From: Candidatus Latescibacterota bacterium
Lineage (GTDB): Bacteria > Latescibacterota > UBA2968 > GCA-2709665
Assembly: GCA_965222075.1 (NCBI GenBank)
Contig: OZ244937.1
Span: forward strand, 1,824,001-1,888,000
Length of the DNA: 64,000 nucleotides
Reading direction: 5' to 3'
Of the stretch, positions 63,844 to 64,000 are shown piece after piece. Positions within the stretch are counted from its first letter, which is position 1. Every line of letters starts with the position of its first letter. The position numbers were made by a program, and so were the translations under genes. The notes beneath the pieces are model-generated. The model was not told where the DNA came from. It worked only from the letters and a program-made list of their open reading frames with translations, and did no database searches.

Positions 63844-64000
63844 TCTCCCCGACCGACAAGAAGAAGCCCCCGAAGGTCAGAAGCAGACCCCCGAGGGACA
63901 AGAGGACGGTGCAGCCAGAGTGGCGTCAACGACGAACGGACTTTTTCTTTAACTTCTTATAAACACAATAGTTATATCAATATCTACGCCATCATTATTA

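Overview
Bacterial chromosomal window, GC-rich backbone with a strong plus-strand C skew. GWxTD, dockerin/EF-hand and beta-propeller proteins suggest a Latescibacterota/Gemmatimonadota-like lineage (inference only). The backbone carries a tandem-fused double-length uvrA (runs off the left edge), a sugar-oxidoreductase cluster, ABC and RND transporters, an Ogg-like glycosylase and queC. Four structures stand out. (1) A type I restriction-modification operon (hsdM 13798 - hsdS 22573 - hsdR 35469) stretched to about 25 kb by roughly 20 defence/toxin-antitoxin cargo genes. The cargo is punctuated by repeated dead copies of the hsdM 3' end and the hsdR start, by REP doublets, and by a RAYT transposase coupled to hsdR, so it looks like a cassette-accretion platform. 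One cassette with the same borders sits about 9 kb upstream of hsdM. (2) A family of 25-42 bp CCTGCCTG...CAG(A/G)CAGG palindromic mini-elements inserted without target duplication: in frame in uvrA and hsdS (one nested in another), out of frame in an IS630. (3) An 8.4 kb low-GC island bounded by a ~140 bp duplication of a gene 3' end. It contains a 4.36 kb IS1595 passenger-carrying element (24 bp IRs, 8 bp TSD) with a nested IS630. (4) Two paralogous RelE-type mini-operons sharing a TTGAC-N4-GTCAA promoter palindrome. All domain calls are by eye from motifs; no database searches were run.
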